This document shows, one piece after another, positions 39,601 to 52,250 of a stretch of 64,000 bases of DNA (position 1 is the first letter of the stretch; each line of letters starts with the position of its first letter). Both the position numbers and the translations under genes were made by a program. Under the pieces are notes generated by a model. It had not been told where the DNA came from. It did no database searches and worked only from the letters and a program-made list of their open reading frames with translations. The DNA comes from Eledone cirrhosa (lineage: Eukaryota), in assembly GCA_964016885.1 (NCBI GenBank), contig OZ024741.1, forward strand, positions 159,836,001-159,900,000. The letters are read 5' to 3'.

Positions 39601-42600
39601 TTAGATTTAGGTGAGATTTAGCTTATATTTAGCTTAGATTTAGGTGAGATTCAACTTACATTTAGCTTAGATTTATGTGAGATTTAGCTTATATTTAGGT
39701 GAGATTTAGCCTATATTTAGCTTAGATTTAGGTGAGATTTAGCTTAGATTTAGCTGAGATTTAGGTGTGATTTAGCTAAGATTTAGGTTATATTTAAGTG
39801 ACATTTACATTAGATTTAGCTTAGATTTATGTGAGATTTAGATTATATTTAGCATAGATTTTGGTGAGATTTAGCTTATATTTAGCTTAGATTTAGGTGA
39901 GATTTAGTTTAGATGTAGCTTATATTTAGGTTAGATTTAGCTTAGATTTAGCTTACATTTATGTGAGATTTAGCTTAGATTTAGCTTAGATTTAGGGGAG
40001 ATTTAGCTTATATTTAGGTTAGATTTAAGTGAGATTTAGCTTAGAATTAGCTTAGATTTAGGTGAGATTTAGCTTAGATTTAGGTGAGATTTAGCTTATA
40101 TTTATCCTAGAATTAGGTGAGATTTAGCTTAGATTTAGCTTATATTTAGCTTAGATTTAGCTTAGATTTAGCTTAGATTTAGGTGAGATTTAGCTTATAT
40201 TTAGCTTAGATTTAGGTTAGATTTAGCTTATATTTAGCTTAGATTTAGGTGAGATTTAACTTATATTTACCTTAGATTTAGGTGAGATTTAGCTTAGATT
40301 TAACTTAGATTTAGGTGAGATTTAGCTTATATTTCGCTTAGATTTAAGTGAGATTTACCTTATATTTAGCTTAGATTTAGGTGAGATTTAACATAGATTC
40401 AACTTAGATTTAGGTGAAATTTAGCTCATATTTAGCTTAGATTTAGGTGAGATTTAGCTTGCATTTAGCTTAGATTTAGGTGAGATTTAGCTCATATTTA
40501 GTTTAGATTTAAGTGAGATTTAGCTTAGAATTAGCTTAGATTTGTGTGAGATTTAGCTTAGATTTAGGTGATATTTAGCTTATATTTATCTATAATTAGG
40601 TGGGATTTAGCTTAGATTTAGCTTATATTGAGGTGAGATTTAGCTTAGATTGAGCTTAGATTTAGCTTAGATTTAGGGGAGATTTAGCTTATATTTAGCT
40701 TAGATTTAGGTGAGATTTAGCTTTCATTTATCTTAGATTTAGGTTAGATTTAGGTGAGATTTAGCTCATATTTAACTTAGATTTAGACGAGGATTAGCTT
40801 AGATTTAGCTTAGATTTATGTGAGATTTAGCTTATATTTAGCTTAGATTTAGGTGAGATTTTGCTTAGATTTAACTTAAATTTAGGTGAGATTTAGCTTA
40901 TATTTAGCTTAGATTTAAGTGAGATTTACCTTATATTTAGCTTAGAGTTAGGTGTGATTTCCATAGATTTAATTTAGATTTAGGGCAAATTTAGCTCATA
41001 TTTAGCTTAGACTTAGGTGAGATTTAGCTTATATTTAGTTGAGATTTAGGTTAGATTTAGTTTAGATTTAGCTTATATTTAGGTTAGATTTAGCTTAGAT
41101 TTAGCTTAGATTTATGTGAGATTTAGCTTAGATTTAGCTTAGATTTAGGTGAGAGTTAGCTTAAATTTTGCTTAGATTTAGGTGAGATTTAGCTTAGAAT
41201 TAGCTTAGATTTAGGTGAGATTTAGCTGAGATTTACGTGAGATTTAGCTTATATTTAGATTAGAATTAGGTGAGATTTAGCTTAGATTTAGCTTATATTT
41301 AGGTGAGATTTAGCTTAGATTTAGCTTAGATTTAGGTGAGATTTAGCTTATATTTAACTTAAATTTAGGTGAGATTTAGCTTTGATTTAGCGTAAATTTA
41401 AGTTAGATTTAGCTTATAATTAGCTTAGATTTAGATTAGATTTAACTTATATTTAGCTTAGATTTGCGTGAGATTTAGCCTATATTTAGCTTAGATTTAT
41501 CGGAGAATTTGTTTAGATTTAGGTGAGATTTAGCTTAGATTTAGTGTAGATTTAGCTTATATTTAGCTTAGATTTAGGTGCGATTTAGATTAGATTTAGC
41601 TCAGATTCATGTGAGATTTATCTTAGATTTAGCTTATATTTAGGGGAGATTTAGCTTAGATTATCTTAGATTTATGTGAGATTTAGCTTATATGTAGCTT
41701 AGATTTAGGTGAGATATTTAGCTTAGATATAGATTAGATTTAGGTGAGATTTAGCTTATATTTAGTTTAGATTTGGCTGAGATTTAGCTTATATTTAGCT
41801 TAGATTTTGGTGAGATTTAGCCTATATTCAGTTAAGATTTAGGTGAAATTTAGGTTAGATTTAACTGAGATTTAGGTGAGATTTAGCATATATTTAGCTT
41901 AGATTTAAGTGAGATGTTGTTTAGATTTAGGTGAGATTTAGCGTCGATTGAGGTGAGATTTAGCTTAGATTTAGTGTAGATTTAGCTCATATTTATCTTA
42001 GAATTAGGTGAGATTTAGCTTAGATTTAGCTTATATTTAGGTGAGATTTAGCTCAGATTTAGCTTAGATTTAGCTTAGATTTAGCTGAGATTTAGGTGAG
42101 ATTTAGCTTATATTTAGCTTAGATTTAAATGAGATCTAGCTTAGATTTAACGTAGATTTAGGTGAGATTTAGCTTAGATTTAGCTTATATTTAGGTGAGA
42201 TTTAGCTCAGATTTAGCTTAGATTTAGCTTAGATTTAGCTGAGATTTAGGTGAGATTTAGCTTATATTTAGCTTAGATTTACATGAGATTTAGCTTAGAT
42301 TTAGCGTAGATTTAGGTTAGATTTAGCTTAGATTTAGGTGAGATTTAGCTTAGTTTTAGGTGACATTTAGCTTATATTTAGCTTAGATTTAGGTGAGATT
42401 TAGCTTATATTTAGCTTAGATTAAGGTGAGACTTAGCTTAGATTTAATTTACATTTAGATGAGATTTAGCTTATATTTAGCTTAGATTTAGGTGAGATTT
42501 AACTTAGATTTAGCTTATATTTAAGTTTGATTTAGCTTAGATTTAGCGTAGGAATATGTGAGATTTAATTTAGATTTAGGTGAGATTAGCTTATATTTAG

Positions 42601-45600
42601 CTTAGATTTAGGTGAGATTTAGCTTATATTTAGCTTAGATTTAGGTGAGATTCAACTTAGATTTAGCTTAGATTTATGTGAGATTTAGCTTATATTTAGG
42701 CGAGATTTAACCTATATTTAGCTTAGATTTAGGTGAGATTTAGCTTAGATTTAGCTGAGATTTAGGTGAGATTTAGCTAAGATTTAGGTTATATTTAAGT
42801 GACATTTACATTAGATTTAGCTTAGATTTATGTGAGATTTAGATTATATTTAGCTTAGATTTTGGTGAGATTTAGCTTATATTTAGCTTAGATTTAGGTG
42901 AGATTTAGCATAGATTTAATTTAGATTTAGTTGAAATTTAGCTCATATTTAGCTTAGACTTAGGTCAGATTTAGCTTATATTTAGCTGAGATTTAGGTGA
43001 GATTTAGTTTAGATGTAGCTTATATTTAGGTTAGATTTAGCTTAGATTTAGCTTACATTTATGTGAGATTTAGCTTAGATTTAGCTTAGATTTAGGGGAG
43101 ATTTAGCTTATATTTAGGTTAGATTTATGTGAGATTTAGCTTAGAATTAGCTTAGATTTAGGTGAGATTTAGCTTAGATTTAGGTGAGATTTAGCTTAGA
43201 TTTAGCTTATATTTAGCTTAGATTTAGCTTAGATTTAGCTTAGATTTAGGTGAGATTTAGCGTATATTTAGCTTAGATTTAGGTGAGATTTAGCTTAGAT
43301 TTAACTTAGATTTAGGTGAGATTTAGCTTATATTTCGCTTAGATTTAAGTGAGATTTACCTTATATTTAGCTTAGATTTAGGTGAGATTTAACATAGATT
43401 CAACTTAGATTTAGGTGAAATTTAGCTCATATTTAGCTTAGACTTAGGTGATATTTCGCTTATATTTAGCAGAGATTTAGGTGAGATTTAGTTTAGATTT
43501 AGCTTATATTTAGGGTAGATTTAGCTTAGATTCAGCTTAGATTTATGTGAGATTTAGCTTAGATTTAGCTTAGATTTAGGTGAGATTTAGCTTATATTTA
43601 GCTTAGATTTAGGTGAGATTTAGGTTAGAATTAGATTAGATATAGGTGAGATTTAGCTTAGATTTAGGTGAGATTTAGCTTATATTTAGCTTAGAATTAG
43701 GTGAGATTTAACTTATATTTAGCTTAGATTTGCGTGAAATTTAGCCTATACTTATCTTAGATTTAGGTGAGATTTAGTTTAGATTTAGGTGAGATTTAGC
43801 TTAGATTTAGTGTAGATTTAGCTTATATTTAGCTTAGATTTAGGTGCGATTTAGATTAGATTTAGCTCAGATTCATGTGAGATTTAACTTAGATTTAGCT
43901 CATATTTAGGGGAGATTTAGCTTAGATTATGTTAGATTTAGGTGAGATTTAGCTTATATGTAGCTTAGATTTAGGTGAGATTTTTGTGAGATTTAGCTTA
44001 GATTTATCTTTGATTTATATGAGTTTTAGCTTAGATTTCGCCTATATTAAGGTGAGATTTAACTTAGATATACCTTAGATTTAGGTGAGATTTAGTTTAT
44101 ATTTAGTTACATTTAGGTGAGATTTAGGTGAGAATCAGCTGAGATTTAGCTTAGATTTAGGTGAGATTTAGCTAATATTTGGCTTAGATTTAGCTTATAT
44201 TTAGCGTAGATTTAGGTTAGATTTAGCTTAGATTTAGGTGAGATTTAGCTTAGTTTTAGGTGACATTTAGCTTATATTTAGCTTAGATTTAGGTGAGATT
44301 TAGCTTATATTTAGCTTAGATTAATGTGAGATTTAGCTTAGATTTAATTTAGATTTAGATGAGATTTAGCTTATATTTAGCTTAGATTTAGGTGAGATTT
44401 AACTTAGATTTAGCTTATATTTAAGTTTGATTTAGCTTAGATTTAGTGTAGCAATATGTGAGATTTAAGTTAGATTTAGGTGAGATTTAGCTTATATTTA
44501 GCTTAGATTTAGGTGAGATTCAACTTACATTTAGCTTAGATTTATGTGAGATTTAGCTTATATTTAGGTGAGATTTAGCCTATATTTAGCTTAGATTTAG
44601 GTGAGATTTAGCTTAGATTTAGCTGAGATTTAGGTGTGATTTAGCTAAGATTTAGGTTATATTTAAGTGACATTTACATTAGATTTAGCTTAGATTTATG
44701 TGAGATTTAGATTATATTTAGCATAGATTTTGGTGAGATTTAGCTTATATTTAGCTTAGATTTAGGTGAGATTTAGTTTAGATGTAGCTTATATTTAGGT
44801 TAGATTTAGCTTAGATTTAGCTTACATTTATGTGAGATTTAGCTTAGATTTAGCTTAGATTTAGGGGAGATTTAGCTTATATTTAGGTTAGATTTAAGTG
44901 AGATTTAGCTTAGAATTAGCTTAGATTTAGGTGAGATTTAGCTTAGATTTAGGTGAGATTTAGCTTATATTTATCCTAGAATTAGGTGAGATTTAGCTTA
45001 GATTTAGCTTATATTTAGCTTAGATTTAGCTTAGATTTAGCTTAGATTTAGGTGAGATTTAGCTTATATTTAGCTTAGATTTAGGTTAGATTTAGCTTAT
45101 ATTTAGCTTAGATTTAGGTGAGATTTAACTTATATTTACCTTAGATTTAGGTGAGATTTAGCTTAGATTTAACTTAGATTTAGGTGAGATTTAGCTTATA
45201 TTTCGCTTAGATTTAAGTGAGATTTACCTTATATTTAGCTTAGATTTAGGTGAGATTTAACATAGATTCAACTTAGATTTAGGTGAAATTTAGCTCATAT
45301 TTAGCTTAGACTTAGGTGATATTTCGCTTATATTTAGCTGAGATTTAGGTGAGATTTAGCTTAGATTTAGCTTAGATTTAGGTGAGATTTAGCTTATATT
45401 AACTTAGATTTAGGTGAGATTTAGGTTAGAATTAGATTAGATTTAGGTGAGATTTAGCTTAGATTTAGGTGAGATTTAGCTTATATTTAGCTTAGAATTA
45501 GGTGAGATTTAGCTTAGATTTAGCTTATATTTAGGTGAGATTTAGCTTAGATTTAGCTGAGATTAAGGTGAGATTTCGCTTATTTTTAGCTTACATTTAG

Positions 45601-48600
45601 GTGAGATTTAACTTATATTTAGCTTAGATTTGCGTGAGATTTAGCCTATACTTATCTTAGATTTAGGTGAGATTTAGTTTAGATTCAGCTTAGATTTATG
45701 TGAGATTTAGCTTAGATTTAGCTTAGATTTAGGTGAGATTTAGCTTATATTTAGCTTAGATTTAGGTGAGATTTAGGTTAGAATTAGATTAGATATAGGT
45801 GAGATTTAGCTTAGATTTAGGTGAGATTTAGCTTATATTTAGCTTAGAATTAGGTGAGATTTAGCTTAGATTTAGCTTATCTTTAGGTGAGATTTAGCTT
45901 AGATTTAGCTGAGATTTAGGTCAGATTTCGCTTATATTTAGCTTACATTTAGGTGAGATTTAACTTATATTTAGCTTAGATTTGCGTGAAATTTAGCCTA
46001 TACTTATCTTAGATTTAGGTGAGATTTAGTTTAGATTTAGGTGAGATTTAGCTTAGATTTAGTGTAGATTTAGCTTATATTTAGCTTAGATTTAGGTGCG
46101 ATTTAGATTAGATTTAGCTCAGATTCATGTGAGATTTAACTTAGATTTAGCTCATATTTAGGGGAGATTTAGCTTAGATTATGTTAGATTTAGGTGAGAT
46201 TTAGCTTATATGTAGCTTAGATTTAGGTGAGATTTAGCGTCGATTGAGGTGAGATTTAGCTTAGATTTAGTGTAGATTTAGCTCATATTTATCTTAGAAT
46301 TAGGTGAGATTTAGCTTAGATTTAGCTTATATTTAGGTGAGATTTAGCTCAGATTTAGCTTAGATTTAGCTTAGATTTAGCTGAGATTTAGCTGAGATTT
46401 AGCTTATATTTAGTTTAGATTTAAATGAGATTTAGCTTAGATTTAGCGTAGATTTAGGTGAGATTTAGCTTAGATTTAGTTGAGATTTAGGTCATATTTA
46501 GCTTAGATTTAGGTGAGATTTAGCTTAGATTTAGGTGAAATTTAGCTTATATTTAGCTTAGATTTAGGTGAGATTTTTGTGAGATTTAGCTTAGATTTAT
46601 CTTTGATTTATATGAGTTTTAGCTTAGATTTAGCCTATATTAAGGTGAGATTTAACTTAGATATACCTTAGATTTAGGTGAGATTTAGTTTATATTTAGT
46701 TACATTTAGGTGAGATTTAGGTGAGAATCAGCTTAGATTTAGCTTAGATTTAGGTGAGATTTAGCTAATATTTGGCTTAGATTTAGCTTATATTTAGCGT
46801 AGATTTAGGTTAGATTTAGCTTAGATTTAGGTGAGATTTAGCTTAGTTTTAGGTGACATTTAGCTTATATTTAGCTTAGATTTAGGTGAGATTTAGCTTA
46901 TATTTTGCTTAGATTAATGTGAGATTTAGCTTAGATTTAATTTAGATTTAGATGAGATTTAGCTTATATTTAGCTTAGATTTAGGTGAGATTTAACTTAG
47001 ATTTAGCTCATATTTAAGTTTGATTTAGCTTAGATTTAGTGTAGCAATATGTGAGATTTAAGTTAGATTTAGGTGAGATTTAGCTTATATTTAGCTTAGA
47101 TTTAGGTGAGATTCAACTTACATTTAGCTTAGATTTATGTGAGATTTAGCTTATATTTAGGTGAGATTTAGCCTATATTTAGCTTAGATTTAGGTGACAT
47201 TTAGCTTAGATTTAGCTGAGATTTAGGTGTGATTTAGCTAAGATTTAGGTTATATTTAAGTGACATTTACATTAGATTTAGCTTAGATTTATGTGAGATT
47301 TAGATTATATTTAGCTTAGATTTTGGTGAGATTTAGCTTATATTTAGCTTAGATTTAGGTGAGATTTAGTTTAGATGTAGCTTATATTTAGGTTAGATTT
47401 AGCTTAGATTTAGCTTACATTTATGTGAGATTTAGCTTAGATTTAGCTTAGATTTAGGGGAGATTTAGCTTATATTTAGGTTAGATTTAAGTGAGATTTA
47501 GCTTAGAATTAGCTTAGATTTAGGTGAGATTTAGCTTAGATTTAGGTGAGATTTAGCTTTTATTTATCCTAGAATTAGGTGAGATTTAGCTTAGATTTAG
47601 CTTATATTTAGCTTAGATTTAGCTTAGATTTAGCTTAGATTTAGGTGAGATTTAGCTTATATTTTGCTTAGATTAATGTGAGATTTAGCTTAGATTTAAT
47701 TTAGATTTAGATGAGATTTAGCTTATATTTAGCTTAGATTTAGGTGAGATTTAACTTAGATTTAGCTTATATTTAAGTTTGATTTAGCTTAGATTTAGTG
47801 TAGCAATATGTGAGATTTAAGTTAGATTTAGGTGAGATTTAGCTTATATTTAGCTTAGATTTAGGTGAGATTCAACTTACATTTAGCTTAGATTTATGTG
47901 AGATTTAGCTTATATTTAGGTGAGATTTAGCCTATATTTAGCTTAGATTTAGGTGACATTTAGCTTAGATTTAGCTGAGATTTAGGTGTGATTTAGCTAA
48001 GATTTAGGTTATATTTAAGTGACATTTACATTAGATTTAGCTTAGATTTATGTGAGATTTAGATTATATTTAGCTTAGATTTTGGTGAGATTTAGCTTAT
48101 ATTTAGCTTAGATTTAGGTGAGATTTAGTTTAGATGTAGCTTATATTTAGGTTAGATTTTGCTTAGATTTAGCTTACATTTATGTGAGATTTAGCTTAGA
48201 TTTAGCTTAGATTTAGGGGAGATTTAGCTTATATTTAGGTTAGATTTAAGTGAGATTTAGCTTAGAATTAGCTTAGATTTAGGTGAGATTTAGCTTAGAT
48301 TTAGGTGAGATTTAGCTTTTATTTATCCTAGAATTAGGTGAGATTTAGCTTAGATTTAGCTTATATTTAGCTTAGATTTAGCTTAGATTTAGCTTAGATT
48401 TAGGTGAGATTTAGCTTATATTTAGCTTAGATTTAGGTTAGATTTAGCTTATATTTAGCTTAGATTTAGGTGAGATTTAACTTATATTTACCTTAGATTT
48501 AGGTGAGATTTAGCTTAGATTTAACTTAGATTTAGGTGAGATTTTGCTTATATTTCGCTTCGATTTAAGTGAGATTTACCTTATATTTAGCTTAGATTTA

Positions 48601-51600
48601 GGTGAGATTTAACATAGATCTAACTTAGATTTAGGTGAAATTTAGCTCATATTTAGCTTAGACTTAGGTGATATTTCGCTTATATTTAGGTGAGATTTAG
48701 GTGAGATTTAGTTTAGATTTAGCTTATATTTAGGGTAGATTTAGCTTAGATTTAGCTTAGATTTATGTGAGATTTAGCTTAGATTTAGCTTAGATTTAGG
48801 TGAGATTTAGCTTATATTAACTTAGATTTAGGTGAGATTTAGGTTAGAATTAGATTAGATTTAGGTGAGATTTAGCTTAGATTTAGGTGAGATTTAGCTT
48901 ATATTTAGCTTAGAATTAGGTGAGATTTAGCTTAGATTTAGCTTATATTTAGGTGAGATTTAGCTTAGATTTAGCTGAGATTAAGGTGAGATTTCGCTTA
49001 TTTTTAGCTTACATTTAGGTGAGATTTAACTTATATTTAGCTTAGATTTGCGTGAGATTTAGCCTATACTTATCTTAGATTTAGGTGAGATTTAGTTTAG
49101 ATTTAGGTGAGATTTAGCGTAGATTTAGGTGAGATTTAGCTTAGATTTAGTGTAGATTTAGCTTATGTTTAGCTTAGATTTAGGTGCGATTTAGATTAGA
49201 TTTAGCTCAGATTCATGTGAGATTTAACTTAGATTTAGCTCATATTTAGGGGAGATTTAGCTTAGATTATGTTAGATTTAGGTGAGATTTAGCTTATATG
49301 TAGCTTAGATTTAGGTGAGATTTAGCGTATATTCAGCTAAGATTTAGCTTAGATTTAGCTTATATTTAACTGAGATTTAGGTGAAATTTAGCATATAGTT
49401 AGCTTAGATTTAAGTGAGATTTTGTTTAGATTTATGTGAGATTTAGCTTAGATTTAGGTGAGATTTAGCTTAGGTTTAGTGTAGATTTAGCTCATATTTA
49501 GCTTAGAATTAGGTGAGATTTAGCTTAGATTTAGCTTATATTTAGGTGAGATTTACCTTTGATTTACCTTAGATTTAGCTTAGATTTAGCTGAGATTTAG
49601 ATGAGATTTAGCTTATATTTATCTTAGATTTAAGTGAGATTTAGCTTAGATTTAGCGTAGATTTAGGTGAGATTTAGCTAAGATCTAGGTGAGATTTAGG
49701 TCATATTTAGCTTAGATTTAGGTGAGATTTAGCTTAGATTTAGGTGAGATTTAGCTTATATTTAGCTTAGATTTAGGTGAGATTTAGTTTAGATTTAGCT
49801 TGATTCATGTGAGATTTATCTTAGATTTAGCTTATATTTAGGTGAGATTTAGCTTAGATTATCTTAGATTTATGTGAGATTTAGCTTAGATTTAGCTTAG
49901 ATTTAGGTGAGATTTAGCTTATATTTATCTTAGATTTAGGTGAGATTTAGCTCATATTAAGCTAAGATTTAGGTGAGATTTAGCTTAGATTTAGCTTAGA
50001 TTTACGTGAGATTTTGCGTACATTTAGGTGAGATTTAGCGTAGATATAGGTGAGATTTTCTTATATTTAGCTTAGATTAAGGTGAGATTTAGTTTACATT
50101 AGCTTACATTAAAGTGAGATTTAACTTAGGTTAATATAGAATTAGGTGAGATTTAGCTTATATTTAGCTGGGATTTAGGTGAGATTTAGCTTAGATTTAG
50201 GCGAGATTTAGCTTAGATTTAGGTGAGATTTAGCTTATATTTAGCTTAGATTTAGCTGTGATTTAGCTTATATTTAGCCTAGATTTCGGTGAGATTTAGC
50301 TTATATTTAGTTTAGATTTAGGTTAGATTTAGCTTATATTTAGCTTAGATTTAGTTGAGATTTAGCTTATAATTAGCTTAGATTTAAGTGAGATTTAGCT
50401 TATGTTTAGCTCAGATTTAGGTGAGATTTAGCTTATATTTAGCTTAGAGTTCGGTGAGATTTATATTAGATTTAGCTTAGATTTAGGTGAGATTTAGCTT
50501 AGATTTATGTGAGATTTAGCTTAGATTTTTCTTAGATTTATATGAGTTTTAGCTCAGATACGGCTTAGATTTAGGTGAGATTTAGCTCATATTTAGTTTA
50601 GATTTAAGTGAGATTTAGCTTAGAATTAGCTTAGATTTGTGTGAGATTTAGCTTAGATTTAGGTGATATTTAGCTTATATTTATCTATAATTAGGTGGGA
50701 TTTAGCTTAGATTTAGCTTATATTGAGGTGAGATTTAGCTTAGATTGAGCTTAGATTTAGCTTAGATTTAGGGGAGATTTAGCTTTCATTTATCTTAGAT
50801 TTAGGTTAGATTTAGGTGAGATTTAGCTCATATTTAACTTAGATTTAGACGAGGATTAGCTTAGATTTAGCTTAGATTTATGTGAGATTTAGCTTATATT
50901 TAGCTTAGATTTAGGTGAGATTTTGCTTAGATTTAACTTAAATTTAGGTGAGATTTAGCTTATATTTAGCTTAGATTTAAGTGAGATTTACCTTATATTT
51001 AGCTTAGATTTAGGTGTGATTTAGCTTAGGTTTAGTGTAGATTTAGCTCATATTTAGCTTAGAATTAGGTGAGATTTAGCTTAGATTTAGCTTATATTTA
51101 GGTGAGATTTACCTTTGATTTACCTTAGATTTAGCTTAGATTTAGCTGAGATTTAGATGAGATTTAGCTTATATTTATCTTAGATTTAAGTGAGATTTAG
51201 CTTAGATTTAGCGTAGATTTAGGTGAGATTTAGCTTAGATTTAGGTGAGATTTAGGTCATATTTAGCTTAGATTTAGGTGAGATTTAGCTTAGATTTAGG
51301 TGAGATTTAGCTTATATTTAGCTTAGATTTAGGTGAGATTTAGTTTAGGTTTAGCTTGATTCATGTGAGATTTATCTTAGATTTAGCTTATATTTAGGTG
51401 AGATTTAGCTTAGATTATCTTAGATTTATGTGAGATTTAGCTTAGATTTAGCTTAGATTTAGGTGAGATTTAGCTTATATTTATCTTAGATTTAGGTGAG
51501 ATTTAGCTCATATTAAGCTAAGATTTATGTTAGATTTAGCTTAGATTTAGCTTAGATTTACGTGAGATTTTGCGTACATTTAGGTGAGATTTAGCGTAGA

Positions 51601-52250
51601 TATAGGTGAGATTTTCTTATATTTAGCTTAGATTAAGGTGAGATTTAGTTTACATTAGCTTACATTAAAGTGAGATTTAACTTAGATTAATATAGAATTA
51701 GGTGAGATTTAGATTATATTTAGCTGGGATTTAGGCGAGATTTAGCTTAGATTTAGGTGAGATTTAGCTTATATTTAGCTTAGATTTAGCTGTGATTTAG
51801 CTTATATTTAGCCTAGATTTAGGTGAGATTTAGCTTATATTTAGTTTAGATTTAGGTGAGATTTAGCTTATATTTAGCTTAGATTTAGTTGAGATTTAGC
51901 TTATAATTAGCTTAGATTTAGGTGAGATTTAGCTTATGTTTAGCTCAGATTTAGGTGAGATTTAGCTTATATTTAGCTTAGATTTAGGTGAGATTTATAT
52001 TAGATTTAGCTTAGATTTAGGTGAGATTTAGCTTAGGTTTATGTGAGATTTAGCTTAGATTTTTCTTAGATTTATATGAGTTTTAGCTTAGATATAGCTT
52101 AGATTTAGGTGAGATTTATATTAGATTTAGCTTAGATTTAGGTGAGATTTAGCTTAGGTTTATGTGAGATTTAGCTTATATTTTTCTTAGATTTATATGA
52201 GTTTTAGCTTAGATATAGCTTAGATTTAGGTGAGATTTAGTTTATATTTA
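24611..52250. repeat. 11-bp satellite (AGATTTAGCTT / AGATTTAGGTG / ATATTTAGCTT)n, ~27.6 kb including the gap
   Basis: Period 11 with the same orientation on both sides of the gap, and higher-order repeats. Confidence 0.98.
37189..37388. other. Assembly gap (200 N)
   Basis: Exactly 200 N, suggesting a fixed-size scaffolding gap of unknown true length. Confidence 0.99.

Noticed and set aside
24611-52250. True telomeric repeat array
   Set aside because: No (TTAGGG)n runs; internal position between other satellites.
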